This document shows, piece by piece, positions 12,573 to 31,254 of a DNA stretch of 64,000 nt. Each line of letters starts with the position of its first letter. The stretch's first letter is position 1. The notes under the pieces were generated by a model. That model saw nothing but the letters and a program-made list of their open reading frames with translations, did not search any database and was not told the DNA's origin. Both the position numbers and the translations under genes were made by a program. Source of the DNA: the human T2T-CHM13v2.0 reference genome, Homo sapiens; the NCBI RefSeq assembly GCF_009914755.1, contig NC_060935.1; one strand, written 5' to 3'.

Positions 12573-13157
12573 TCAGTAGAAGCAGACGGTGTGAAGAAAG
12601 CTTTTTCCTGCCTTCTCCTCCATTTGCAACAGCAGCTCTTCCAGATTGTCTTCCATGTCGTCTGACTGCTGCAGGCACTGGCAAATCTCACAGATGAGGA
12701 AAGCTCCCAGGGTGGCATCTTCCAGGGTATCTTGGATTTCCATGTTGATCACGTGCACAGGCTGAAAGGTCTGCTGTTCTCTGGAACACAGATCTTCCAC
12801 CACTGTGTCATAGACACTCTCCTCACAGGTGAAGATGACATCAAAGGAATCAGTGCACTCCTGAAATCTTTCTGGACCGGGCTTGATTCTCTCATTTCTT
12901 CCCAAGATGTGTAAGATTCCGTTGCGGGTGTAGCGTTCTCTATCTTTCCTGAGGAGGTCATTGTACATCTCCTTATATGTTGTTGCAAAATCGTAAACTA
13001 CAGGACGATTGGGTCTTGGTCCTGGTAGCCTCACATGAGATTCAGTTCCAAAAGACCGGACACTTAGCCCTTTTCTCCTGAGGATGCTGTGGGCCTCCAT
13101 GCTCCTGTTGACATTGCTCACGCACACCACAGCCACCCTGAGTGTGGAGGAGAGCAT
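12573..13157 (-). CDS. SSU72L: SSU72-like CTD phosphatase retrogene copy 2 (194 aa)
   Basis: Inverted copy of copy 1; intact ORF from CAT at 13155-13157; differs from copy 1 by Q63E, F104S, D140E. Confidence 0.9.
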   Translation of the reverse strand: MLSSTLRVAVVCVSNVNRSMEAHSILRRKGLSVRSFGTESHVRLPGPRPNRPVVYDFATTYKEMYNDLLRKDRERYTRNGILHILGRNERIKPGPERFQECTDSFDVIFTCEESVYDTVVEDLCSREQQTFQPVHVINMEIQDTLEDATLGAFLICEICQCLQQSDDMEDNLEELLLQMEEKAGKSFLHTVCFY

Positions 13158-13282
13158 GATGGCGGCCACTGGGAACCAGAGAGACACAGGCACCTCAGCT
13201 GCTGCAGGGACTCGGAGCCGAGGAGACGACCACCTATACCCAGGTCTTCCAAACGAGCTAATGTGGAGGCACAGGAGGCAGG

Positions 13283-14135
13283 TTTATATTGAGTCACTTT
13301 AATGAGTGGGTGGAGACTTCATGACTTCTGGATTGATTAGGTTGTGATAATCATCTCCTAACTCATCACAAGAACAATCAAGATGATTAAATTACCTAAA
13401 GCAGTAACTCTCCACAAAGGTGGCACCACCCAGTCTGGATTCATTTAAAATCTGGAGTTTGCTCTGGTGGTTCTCCTAGTGAATGGGGGCTGCTATGGAC
13501 AATGGCCAAGACAATTAAGCTACCTGCAAGCATGTCATAGGACTCTCCAGTGACCTCCAGACATGAAATTGGATGATAAACATGTTCACGATGTGCAAGG
13601 CTGCACCCTATTTAATTATAAATTATAAGTGTTGTTGCTTGTTTTAATTTTCATAGTGTTCGAGAAATGCAATTGCATAAATCACAGGACCACTGTATAT
13701 AGTTTTGTCCGGAAATCCACAAAATTTTTCACCAATACAAAAAAAATCCCATTCTCAACAACATATCTGCTTATGGTATTTTAAGAGTTATTCAACACAA
13801 CATTTTCTGCATTTGATATTACTGAAATCATAATGATTCTTCAGGGAATGCAGGAATTGATGCAATCCTCTGCCTCCAAGAACAGCTATGTTTGAGCTTT
13901 TCTATACTTAAATGCAATGTTTAGAATTTTTTTCATAGTTGTATAATTTATCAAGATAAAGGAGATTTTAAAATTATGAATGGGGTTTCAAAAAATAAGA
14001 TAATCATGTCACTTTTAGATTGATTAGATTATGATAATGGACTGCTAAGTAATTACAAGAACAATCAAAATGATTAAATTCCTAATTCAGTAACTCTCCA
14101 CAAAGGTGGCCCCACCCAGTCAGGATTGATTTATA
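13283..14135 (-). promoter_or_regulatory. Putative promoter/enhancer of copy 2 (DUX4 sites + TATA)
   Basis: On the + strand: TTTATA 13283-13288, TGATTAGGTTG 13334-13344, TGATTAAATTA 13384-13394, TGATTAGATTA 14021-14031, TGATTAAATTC 14071-14081. Confidence 0.65.
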
Positions 14136-14551
14136 GGTGCGCTCTGTTTGCTGTCGCTCACTGATTTACCAAATATTGGGTAAATAATAATAATTTTTTT
14201 TTTTTTGAGGAGTCTCGCTCTGTCACCTAGGCTGGAGTGCAGTGGCACAATATCGACTCACTGCAACCTCTACCTCCGAGGTTCGAGGGATTCTCTTGTC
14301 TGAGCCTCTCAAGTAGCTGAAGACTACAGGCACGCGGCACCACACCCGGTTAATGTTTGTATTTTTAGTAGAGATGGGGTTTCACCATGTTGGTCAGGCT
14401 GGTTTTGTACTTCCGACCTCAAGTGATCTGCCCGCTTTGGCCTCCCAAAGTGCTGAGATTACTGGTATGAGCCACCTCACCCGGCCCAATTTTACTTGTT
14501 TTTAGTAATCCTTCTTAAATGTATGTATAGCTCACATTTATTTCAATATAA

Positions 14552-14932
<381 letters not shown>

Positions 14933-15720
14933 TGATCCACCCGCTTTGGTCTCCCAAAGTGCTGGGATTACAGGCATGAGCCACTGTGTCCAGCCTCAAA
15001 TAATATCATTTTATTATAATATTAACTTAAAAAATTGACTTCTGGCAGGCCAATGTCTGCGTGGGGTTTGCATATTCTCCCCATGTCTTTGTGGTTTTTC
15101 TCTGGATACTCTTGTTTCCTCCCACATCCCAAAGATGTGCACATTAGATGAACTGACACCTCTATGGTCCCAGTATGGGGGTGTGCCCTGAGCCCCGGAT
15201 GGGGTCCTGTCTAGCGTTGATTCCTGCCTCACACCTTGAGCTGCTGATAGGTTCCAGCCACCTGCCACTCTGAACTGGAATCAGCAGGTTGGAAAATGAA
15301 GGAATGAATACAAATTATTGAAAAATAAAAATTCATAAAACGTGGTAATCATACAAATGCAAGACAATAACGATGAAAGTACAAGATAGATCAGCCAGCC
15401 TGCCGTGTCTGTCATTGATTTTTTAACTGTGTAGTAGTAGGAGGTGCTCCTTACAATTTTTTCTCTGCAAGCATTTATTCCTTGATTTAACTTACCACAA
15501 CTACGACCGCCATCACTCACTGACTCACCAAAAATTGGGTGAATAATAATCTTACTAGGTTTTATTAGGCTTTCTTAATTGTATGTGCAGCTCACATTTA
15601 TTTCTAAGTTTAATACTCTAAGTGTGTTGAATCTTTATTTAGACGTTTGGTGATGTTTTTGTGACTCTTGTTCATATCAATTAGCCTATGATAAAATTAA
15701 TTTTATTATACAGCATTTCA

Positions 15721-16048
<328 letters not shown>

Positions 16049-16485
16049 TTAGTAAACACCTGAAAGTTTCTCAAAGTGTGTTCCCAGACTAGCAGCATTA
16101 GCATTAATTGGGAACTTGTAAAAATGAAAATTTAGACCGCAAACCACTGAATCACAAACTCTAGTGGTGAAGCCCAGAGATTTGTGTTCTTTCCTTTACA
16201 TTTCCATGAATTGTTGTTCAGGTTCACATAAGTGATAATGTTTGGAAAATCTTCTCTCAAGTAGGTTTCTCTGTGGGGGACACAGGAGATAAACTGAATT
16301 GCAGTGTTTCTTTCCTTCACCCTGACAGAGGGGCCACATCTTGGCTGGGTATAGGATTGTTGGGCTGTAGTCCTTTCTCTCAGTAGTCCTTAACTGCTAT
16401 GCCACTGTCCGTTCCAGCGTTGGAGATAAAAAGTCTAATTCCAGCATCATTCTTCTCCTGTAGATAATATGCTCTTTTTTTAAAA

Positions 16486-17029
16486 TATATATATATATTT
16501 ATTATAGTTGAGTTCTAGGGTGCATGTGCACAGCGTGCAGGTTTGTTACACATGTATACATGTGCCATGTTGGTGTGCTGCACCCGTTAACTCGTCATTT
16601 ACATTAGGTATATCTCCTGATGCTTTCCCTCTGCACCCCCCACCCGCCCCACAACAGGCCCCGGTGTGTGATGTTCCCCTTCCTGTGTCCAAGTGTTCTC
16701 ATTGTTCAATTCCCACCTATGAGTGAGAACCTGTGGTGTTTGGTTTTTTGTTCTTGCGATAGTTTGCATGATGGAACTAGAAATACCATTTGACCCAGCC
16801 ATCCCATTACTGGGTATATACCCAAAGGATTATAAATCAGGCTTCTGTAAAGGCACATGCACACGTATGTTTATTGCTACTCACAATAGCAAAGACTTGG
16901 AACCAACCCAGATGTCCATCAATGATAGACTGGATGAAGAAAATGTGGCTCATATACAGCATGGAATACTATGCAGCCATAGAAAAGGATGAGTTCATGT
17001 CCTTTATAGGGACATGGATGAAGCTGGAA
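16486..17029 (-). mobile_element. L1PA 3' fragment with 5' inversion and target-site duplication (mirror copy)
   Basis: Antisense 3'UTR ~16500-16775 joined to a sense piece ~16775-17029; flanked by ATATG(C/T)TCTTTTTT at ~16467 and ~17030. Confidence 0.85.
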
Positions 17030-17224
17030 ATATGTTCTTTTTAAGTGGATGTTTGTAAGATTTTTCTCTTTCTCCTTAGAGTTCAAAATTTTTACTAGCA
17101 GATGCCTCAGTGTTTCTTATTTCTCTTCACTCTAGTCCAGTATTTCTCCATTGTTTCATCGATCCCCAGTTATGGAGCCTTTTTAGACACTTTTTTCTAA
17201 TTGCCGTCTCATAAAATTGTAATA

Positions 17225-17365
17225 GTAATCCCAGCTACTTGGGAGGCTGAGGCATGAGAATTGCTTGAGCCTGGGGAGGTGGACTTTGCAGTGAGTTGAG
17301 ACCATGCCACTGCACTCCAGCCTGGGTGACAGAGGCAGACTGTGTCTCTAAAATAAATAATAAAA
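17225..17365 (+). mobile_element. Alu right monomer
   Basis: GTAATCCCAGCTACTTGGGAGG...(AAAT)n tail. Confidence 0.85.
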
Positions 17366-17625
17366 AGGTCTATTAGATCCATTTGGTTCAATATTGAGTT
17401 TAGGTCCTGAATATCTTTGCTCTTTTTCTGCCTTGATGATCTATCTAATCCTGTCAGTGGAGTGTTGAAGTCTCCCATTGTTTTTGTGTGGGATTCTAAG
17501 TCTCTTTGTAGGTTTCTAAGAACTTGCATTATGAATCTGGGTGCTCCTGTGTTGAGTGCATATATATTTAGGATAGTTAGGTCTTCAGGTTGAATTGAAC
17601 CCTTTACTATTATGTAATGCCCTTC
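17366..17625 (-). mobile_element. L1 ORF2 endonuclease fragment
   Basis: Translates as ...[18 protein letters not shown]...DIQDLNS..., the L1 endonuclease motif. Confidence 0.85.
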
Positions 17626-18478
17626 TCCATTCTCAGGAGATGAGCGTGGTGCAGAAGTTCAGGGATCCAGGAAATAATGAAGTATAATAGATAAACAACT
17701 TGTAGCATGTCTGTATTTATTCAGTGCCTGACTGAGAATCTAGCACATAGGAAGTACACATAATCATTCTTTCCCTGCCTCTCAGGTTCCATTCTCCCCA
17801 TCTCTAAATTCAGTTTCCAGAGTAGGAAGATTTACTCCCATTTTGGTTCCTGCAGTACCCTCTAAGTAATGGCTGAAATTGTTTCAAAAATAAAATTATG
17901 CGACAAGAGCCCAATAGAGGCTCCTTAGGATGTGCCTGCTGTGGACAGCAACTACCACCAGGTCAGCCTGTGATCACACAAGCACTATGAAAATATACAA
18001 TACCCCGAAGAAATTCGCCCTTCTGAAGGAGGTGGAATAAATCAAAACAGATATGAAAATGCCATTGGAGGTTGAAGGCCAAGAGTGTGCACCACTATGC
18101 TGACAAAGTAACAGCCAGAAGAAAAGATCAAATGAAGCAATGTAAATCTTAAATAGAAAAGAGAAGCCTGAAGAGGACCTGCTAAGCTAAGGATGGCCAT
18201 TTGGTACTTTGAGAATAAAAGGATTTTGCTTCTGGGAGGCAAAGAAGAGAGGATAAAGAGCTCAATGACTGGAGCCTGACCTATGGGTGAAATTGTGGGT
18301 ACCTGAGTAGTTGCTTATCTACTCAACCTAATCTAGACAACTTCTCAAATGCCTCATGAATGTTCTCCTGTCTCGGTCCAGGTATCTTCAGCATCTCAGA
18401 GAATTAACTTCCATTGCCCTTCTTTGTGTTTGTGAGATAATTACCCTTATTCAGGGTATTTTAAAAAATCATCTCTCC

Positions 18479-18846
<368 letters not shown>

Positions 18847-20004
18847 TCACAAAAAGTCTGATTATCAGAGGACCTATCTCAGGAATAGGAGTATGTTAGA
18901 TCACCTGGCAATGTTTCCCCTAACTGATTTAAGACTTTCTGAGGTCTGAGAATTATAGTTTTTCTTTGTGTTTTTCCAGATCTCAGTACATCACAGCACA
19001 GTGCAACTCCTCAAAATGTTTAACAAAACAACCAAATGACAAAATATTGGATGAGTGTGAAGTATCAGGGCAGGGTAGCCGTAAATAAGTCCCTTTAATA
19101 CCTTGGATATTTACAGTAGTCAGGATCAGAGCCAATGTAGAACCTTCTTTGGAGGGGCTCCGGGGTCAGAGTTCTTTGGCACACTGAGAGGTAAAAAGGG
19201 ACCCCATGCCCAGAGTCTCCTCATTCTGCCATCCCAGACAGCATTTTCCATTCTACTGGCATAGCCCATATTTATGACTGTGGTTTGGTGGTGTGCTGGT
19301 AACCCAGCTAAAATACACACACAAAGATCAGTCAATCAATTAAAGCCCTGCATTGTAGTGTTTGCCAGTTTTGGCAGTGTATGTACTCCCACCAAGGTCA
19401 TTTTCAAGGTATCAACGTGACATCACTGAATGTGAAGTTTGCAAGGAATATGCACAGATGAGCCAGTACAAGTGGCTCCACCCCGCACTGCTTTAGTCTC
19501 TCCAACTCTGTCTACCCAAGTCCAGACAATAGTACTAGTGCTTTCAGCCACCTACTTTAGGTCCCATAACATCTAGTCTAGATGGGGCCTTTCCTATCTA
19601 GACTGTAATTTTACTCACAGCAATAAAAAAAATCACTTACCTGTTTTAAATGGAGTTCTCTTGGGCTAGAATGGGGTGAGTGACAACGAGGCTGTCAGAA
19701 TGATGGGTGACAGGGAACTGAGATTTTATGTGTTGGCCTGAAAGCCTGAGGGGCTGCTATTATTCCAGGGAGCCCAAATATAGAACCATCTTTTCAACAT
19801 CTCCTCAATTCCGTACATGTTGGCCAAGTCATTATGGCTCTCCAAGCCTGCCTAGTCCACCTTTTTCTCTAAATCTCCATCCCTTCTTATGTATGCTCAT
19901 GTACTTATTCCTAACAAAAGAGTGTTAGCATTGCTACAACAATTATTCCTGTTTCCATTTTATGGGATCTGGGATTAATTTTCTTTTGAAAATTTTACAT
20001 ATTT

Positions 20005-20134
20005 TAATTTTTTTTGTAGAGATGGGGTGTCCCTATGTTGCCCAGGCTGGTCTTAATTTCCTGGCCTCAAGTGATCCTCTCATCTTGGCTTTCCAAAATG
20101 CTGGGATTACAGGCATGAGCCACCATGCCCGGCC
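20005..20134 (-). mobile_element. Alu left monomer (FLAM/AluJ)
   Basis: TTTTTGTAGAGATGGGG...GAGCCACCATGCCCGGCC. Confidence 0.8.
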
Positions 20135-21058
20135 TGAAAATCATATTAATTACTTAAGAAACACTTTTTATCAAAAGTGTTTCTTTGGAACTTGAATTAA
20201 GTTTATAACATTTTCAAAAAAGCCATTTAAACTTTTGTATTTGTAATAATAATATTTTAAATATTTACATGGGAATACCTAAATATCACTTAAAAATCAA
20301 TTTTCCCTACTTCTGTAAGTCAAGGTCAACTATGAAAAACATTCTGTACCCTCTTTTTCTTTGGCCACCAAATAATCCACGTTTAATTTTCAGTTATCTT
20401 ATTCACTAATCTTCTTCCTGCTGATAAACTTATCTCTTTCTTTATGTATCCTTTTCATATCTTTTTATTTAATTAGTCCAAGTAACTGTATATATACATA
20501 TTTGTAAAGGAGAAACAGTTTTATGTTTAAGAAATATCTTTTTGTTTGTCACAGAATATTTCTCAGTTCCAGGGACATGTTTAGTGGTAATAATAGTAAT
20601 TGGGTGCTAATGATTTGGCTGGTGGGGACTCTGACCATCTCTGGTCTTGGTTGAACTGCGAGCAGAGGCTAGAAAACTGTTTACCGTGAAGAGCTTTCAG
20701 AGGCCTTCTGCTGGATTTTGAATTTGACCCACCAAGTGAATTTAGTTGAGGGATAAATAGGAGGATGGTCTTTCTTGGAGCTGAACGGTTTTTCTAAACA
20801 TTCTGCTAGTACTGCATGACCCATTGGCATGACTGTTAAAGTGCCCCACATCTGCTTAGCATCCTCCAAGATCCTTTGGGTGTGTTCCACAAGATCCTTT
20901 GGCTCTTGTAAATAATTAGCACTCCCAAGAGTGCCCTGTGGGACCCTCAGGTTTTTTGCCATTCCAGAACTGCCTTGTTTTCAACTGACCAACTTGCTCG
21001 CTGGGCCATGTCTCTTTCTCTGATCACATTCAAATGTTAAGCTCCGCTAAAATTTAGA

Positions 21059-21374
21059 TTTTTTTTGAGACAGGGTCTTGCTCTGTCACCCAGGCTAGAG
21101 TGCACTGGCGCGATCTCAGCTCTTGGCTTACTGCAACCTCCACCACTGCCCCTGCCACCCCTCCTGCTTTCAAGTGATCCTCCCACCTCAGCCTCCAGAG
21201 TGGCTGGGACTGCAGGCGTGTACCACCATGCCCAGCCAAGTTGTTTTGTGTTTTTAGTAGAGATGGGGCTCACCATGTTGCCCAGGCTAGTCTTGAACTC
21301 CTGAGTGCAAGCAATCTGCCTGCCTTGGCCTCCTGAAGTGCTGGGATAACACACGAGAGTCATTGTGCCCAGCC
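21059..21374 (-). mobile_element. AluJ-like element
   Basis: Antisense dimeric Alu, with TAAAATTTAGAT repeated on both flanks (TSD-like). Confidence 0.85.
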
Positions 21375-21689
21375 ATAAAATTTAGATATTTTATGCTTTG
21401 TTTTAGTGTTATGATAAATAAAATTGTTTGTAATGGTATTTTAAATTATTTGCTGGTTTTATATAAAGCATAATTTATTTTTGTATTTTAAACTTGGTGT
21501 CCCTGACCTTGCTAAATCCATTTATTTATCCCAAGTGTTGTGTAGATTCTTAGGATTTTTTTTTTTTACATACGCAGCCATGTCATCTCTTAATAAATAC
21601 AGGTTTACATCCTCCTTTCTGACCTGAATATCTTTTATTTAGGTGTTATTATTTGATTTTTGCTTTTTTTTTTTACAATTTACTTGTGC

Positions 21690-22125
21690 ATACACTGACT
21701 GAAGGACATCTTGATTGCCAATTTTGGCAATTATGAATAAAGCTGCTATAAATATCTGTCTGCAGGTTTTTGTGTGGACATACATTTTTAACTCATTTGG
21801 GCAAATACCCAGGAGCATGATTGCTGGATTGTATGGTAAGAGTATGCTTAGTTTTGTAAGAAACTGCCAAGCTGCCTTCTTAAGTGGCTGTACCATTTTG
21901 CATTCCCATCAGCAGTGAATGAGAGCTCCTGCTGTTCCACATCCTCCCCAGCATGTACTGTTGTCAGTGTTTTGGATTTTCACCATTCTAATAGGTATGT
22001 AGTGGTATCTCATGTTGTGTAAATTTGTAATTCTCCAATGACATGTTGTTGACTACCTTTTCATATGCTTCTTTGCCATCTGTGTATCTTCTTTGATGAG
22101 ATGTCTGTCCAGATCTTTTGCCTTT
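21690..22125 (-). mobile_element. L1M (L1MB-like) 3' ORF2 fragment
   Basis: Translates as ...LPYNPAIMLLGICPNELKMYVHTKTC.QIFIAALF..., the L1 ORF2 C-terminus. Confidence 0.75.
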
Positions 22126-22169
22126 TTAATTTTTTTGAGACAGTCTCTGTCACCCAGGCTGAAGTGCAG

Positions 22170-23225
22170 TGCCCACAGAGAGAACTGCCACAGGGGCAGA
22201 GTCACACAGAGAGGGTAATGCATAGTGGAGCCACCTCACAGTTCCACTTGGGTCATGCCCAAGAGAACTGTAGGGCTGGGCTGCTCCCAACACTCCAGAC
22301 CTGTAGAATCACCAACGTGCAACTCTAGCTCGAGAGAGCCACAGGCACTGAACTCCAACCTGTGAAAGCTGCAGCATGGGCTGCATCTGGCAAAGACATG
22401 GAGGTCGGGTCCCCTGAAGCCTTGGGACCCAACCGCCACCCCAGTGTGTCTGGAAGGCAGGGCATGGAGTCAAAAATTATTCTCAAGCTTAAAGTTTTAA
22501 TGTTATTTACCTTGTTTGGATTTGGGCTTACTTGGGACCCATTACCCCCCTTTTTTTTCTTGGCTATTTCTCCCTTTTGGAATGAAAGTGTCTAGTCTAT
22601 GCTTGTCTCACCATTGTATTTTGGAAACACATAACTTATTTGATTTCATAGGCTCACAGCTGGAGAGAAATTTGCCTCAGGATGAATTGTACCTTGGGTC
22701 TCACTCATATCTGATTTAGATGAGACTCTAGACCTTAGAATTTTGAATTGGTACTGGAATGAGTTATAACTTTTTGGGGCTATTAAGATGGAATGAATGT
22801 ATTTTGTGTGTGAGAAGGAAATGAATTTGGTGGGCTAAGGATGGAAAGTTATGGTCTGAAGATATTCCCCAAAATTCATATGTTAAAACTCAACCACCAA
22901 TGTGATAATATTAAGAGGCAAGGCTTTTAGGAAGTGATTAAGTCGTGAGAGCAGAGCCTTCCTACATGGAATTAGTGAACTTATCAAAGGGCTGGAGGGA
23001 ACTAGCCTAGGCCCTTTTTGCTCTTCTGTTTCTTTTGTCTTGTGAAGATACAGTGTTCAAGGTGGCATCTTGGAAGAACAGACTAGGCCCTCACCAGATG
23101 CCAAACCTGCAAGCACCTTGATTTTGCACGTTCCAGGCTCAAAAACTGTGAGGAATAAGTTTCTATTATTTATAAATTGTCCAGTCTCAAGCATTTTGTT
23201 ATAACAGTAGAAATAGACTAAGAGA
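22170..23225 (+). mobile_element. MaLR (MST/MLT1-type) internal 3' end plus LTR (~22848-23225)
   Basis: GAATGAATGTATTTTG...polypurine tract...GTTATGGTCTGAA...CCCTCACCAGATGCCAAACCTGC...AATAAGTTTCTATTATTTATAAATT...GACTAAGA pattern typical of MaLR. Confidence 0.7.
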
Positions 23226-23355
23226 GTAACACTAGAGGCCATTAAACATGTGGTTTATTCAGGATCATTATAACAACAACAAAGCCTAAACCATCTCAAC
23301 TCCTGACTAGATTGATCAATACCCATGCTGAATGCCTAGCAAAAGACAAGGTCTT

Positions 23356-28234
<4,879 letters not shown>

Positions 28235-31200
28235 GACCTAAAATCATATAATCCCTAGAAGAAAACCTAGGCAATACCATTCAGGACATAGACATGGGCA
28301 AGGACTTCATGTTTAAAACATGATTTTAAAGAATATCAGAAATTTCCAGAGTTTTTTATGTCTATCAATCCTGTTAGAGTGAATTTAGTCATTTCTATGA
28401 TTTTTAACAGCCTACAATTTCAACCAACAATTTCGTTGCTTCTCCTGAAGAGAGTATAGTGGTATGTGATGTATTTTATGTCATAGAGCTTTTTTTTACA
28501 TGGGAAATAATAGTGCAAGTTGTGGTTTTATATTGTCAATGATCATTTTTCTCTCCTCCTCTTGTTTTAACCTCTCAGGAGCATTTGAAGATACTTTACT
28601 GTTCTGTCCTTGAATTATCTTCTCAGCTTTTATAGTATCAACTTGCTCCTATACCTCCCCAACAATTTTCCAAGATTCAATCAGAAAAAAATCCATAAAT
28701 CCTATCTTCAAATCTTAACATTTGCATACTTGACCCTACATGATTAGATTTCTATTCACCTCATCTACTTTATCTTCTGCTTCACCTCCACAAATACTCT
28801 GCTACAACCATTTCTATTCTTTGAACTCCTTCATCTAATTTTAGAAGTCGGCTTTTTGAAATTTCTTTTTCCTGTGCCCCAAATACTCTCACTGCCTATT
28901 TTTCTATGGCTTACTGCTTATTAGGTAAGTTTCAGTCCACATATCCTGTTCTCAGTGAAAAGTTCTCTGGCTAGCCAATTTTGAGTACATGTACGTAAAT
29001 AGGGAATGAAAGATTTTCAAGCCAAAATTCATAAAAGAACGACATCACAGGCCAACCTTTGATGAATGGGGGAGTTTAGCCACCCATTCTCAGATCAGGC
29101 AGCTGGGTTCTAAAATAAGATTTCAGTATTTATGTTAATCTCTTTAGAGATACCCCTGCTTTATTTTAACCTTATTAAAATGTTGATTATTTTGCCTAAA
29201 ACTAATCTGTACCCTAAATCCTATAATAACTAAATCCTTTCATTTGTTTGTTGAGACACCCCATTGTTCCTCTGGTCTCCCTCTTTGCAATTAGTTAAAA
29301 AACAAAAACAAAATCCAAGACAACCCTGAATTTGTTGGATGACAAGCTTCTGTCTAAAGTCATAGATTGATTGGGTTGGGGGAGTGTCATTGATATCTAA
29401 CCTACTCCATTCAGGATTCTACTCATGCTGAATTTTTTTTTGAAAGCTAAACATTGCCTTGGGTACTTTGATCATGTACTTCTAGCTCTTGGAAGAAGGC
29501 CATCATTTTTGCAGAAATAACACCTCATTAAGAAATTTCTCCATTAAGAAATTATAATTTTTATTATACAAAAATTTATGATATAAATTATAACTCGCAC
29601 TGGCATCTTTAATTTGACAATTTTTTATTTAATTATTTTTAGTATAGTTGACAAGCAAAAATGATCCTAGTTTTCATAAGATGTATTAACAATTTGTATA
29701 TATTCTACCTGGCCAAGAGCATGTCAAATGTAAATAAGAAAACTTTAAGAATCTATCCCATATAAAAAAGTAACATAGAGCACATACACAAATTTATGAA
29801 TAATCATGTTTATGACAAGTTTATTGATACTGGCAAATCATCTGAAATAAATATTCAATAAGAATGTATAGGTTGGCTAAAATGATATATTTTGTAATAT
29901 AATGTTTATGTGAAAATCTGTTAGGCAGTATTAATTAAAGTTAAATAAATACGTGAAGTTCATTTTGTAGCAAAGGAAATTCTTGTCATGTAACATTAAG
30001 TAATAATAAACTAATCATTATACAACATAGAAATACATGAAAGTATGATTAAATAATGAAATGTTTTCAATATTAATAATTATTTTTATGAGTGCAATTG
30101 TTGGTAATTATAATATTATTACAATATATTTTTAAATAACATATTGTTGAAATATTACATATATCAATTTAAAATCTAAAATAAATGGAATAAAGACAGA
30201 GTAAGTAATAGACTTATATTAGAATCAGAACAATTCCTGAAGTTAAAAAGAGAAGGGAAACACCCAGAGAAAATGTTTGGTGACTTGACTACATATAGGT
30301 CCTCCTATATAACTAGAATTAAGGAACAGATAAAATAAGGAAATTCTTGTAAAAAAGATTACTTTTTGGACAAACTGTAAAATGTGAAATACAGTAGATG
30401 TTAAGTATGAAAAAGTTACACTGGTAACTAAATTGTTGTAATTTGCAGCTAGTTAAGATATGTTTCAAGTATGATAAATACTTGTTAGAAATATGGGTAA
30501 AATAATAGGGTATAAATTATTGAAATAAAAATGTTTGATTTCCAAATGCATTTAAAAGGTCAAGTAAGAGATAAACAGAATGTACCATAAACACAAGAGT
30601 AAAATAGGAAATTCTTTGTACATTTAAATATTTTCCAAATAGTCTACAATGAGAATTTCATACTTTTGCTTTTTAAAATGAAATATTATTTTCTTGATTT
30701 AGTAACTATTATGTTAGTAATGATAGTAGATGCAATAGATACTAGGGAAACAACAAACATTCACACACACAAATGCTCATACACATGAAAAACATATAAC
30801 AGTATACATTAAAATTTATTAACAATGGATATCTAAGAACATCAAGAATTGGTAACCTTTATAATCATTTTATTTCCATTATTCTGTATTGGCTATTCTT
30901 AAAGAGTCACCATGACTTATTCAAGTAAATAAATTTTTTATTATTTTATTATAAAAAGTTTCAAATATACAGAAAATTAAAAAAAAATTATGATGACCAA
31001 TTATATAGTCAACCACCAAGATTCTTTCATTAAATTTTAACTCTACTTGCTTTATCATATGAATGTTCCTTGATGTATGATGAGGTTACGTCCCAACAAA
31101 GTAATCATAAGTTGAAGTCATTTAAAGTAGAAATGTATTTAATATACATTATCTATGTCATATTAAATCCAAGTAAGATTACCCCAATATGAATTATAAT

Positions 31201-31254
31201 CACACTGTCAAAGTTCAAAAATAAAGATTCTGAAAGTGGCAGGGGAAGGAAACA

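Noticed and set aside
22925-22945. DUX4 site in the MaLR LTR
   Set aside because: TGATTAAGTCG has two mismatches in the TAA half-site, too degenerate to call.
29400-31150. Very AT-rich block as a special structural element
   Set aside because: No periodicity or motif I can support; most likely decayed ancient repeats.
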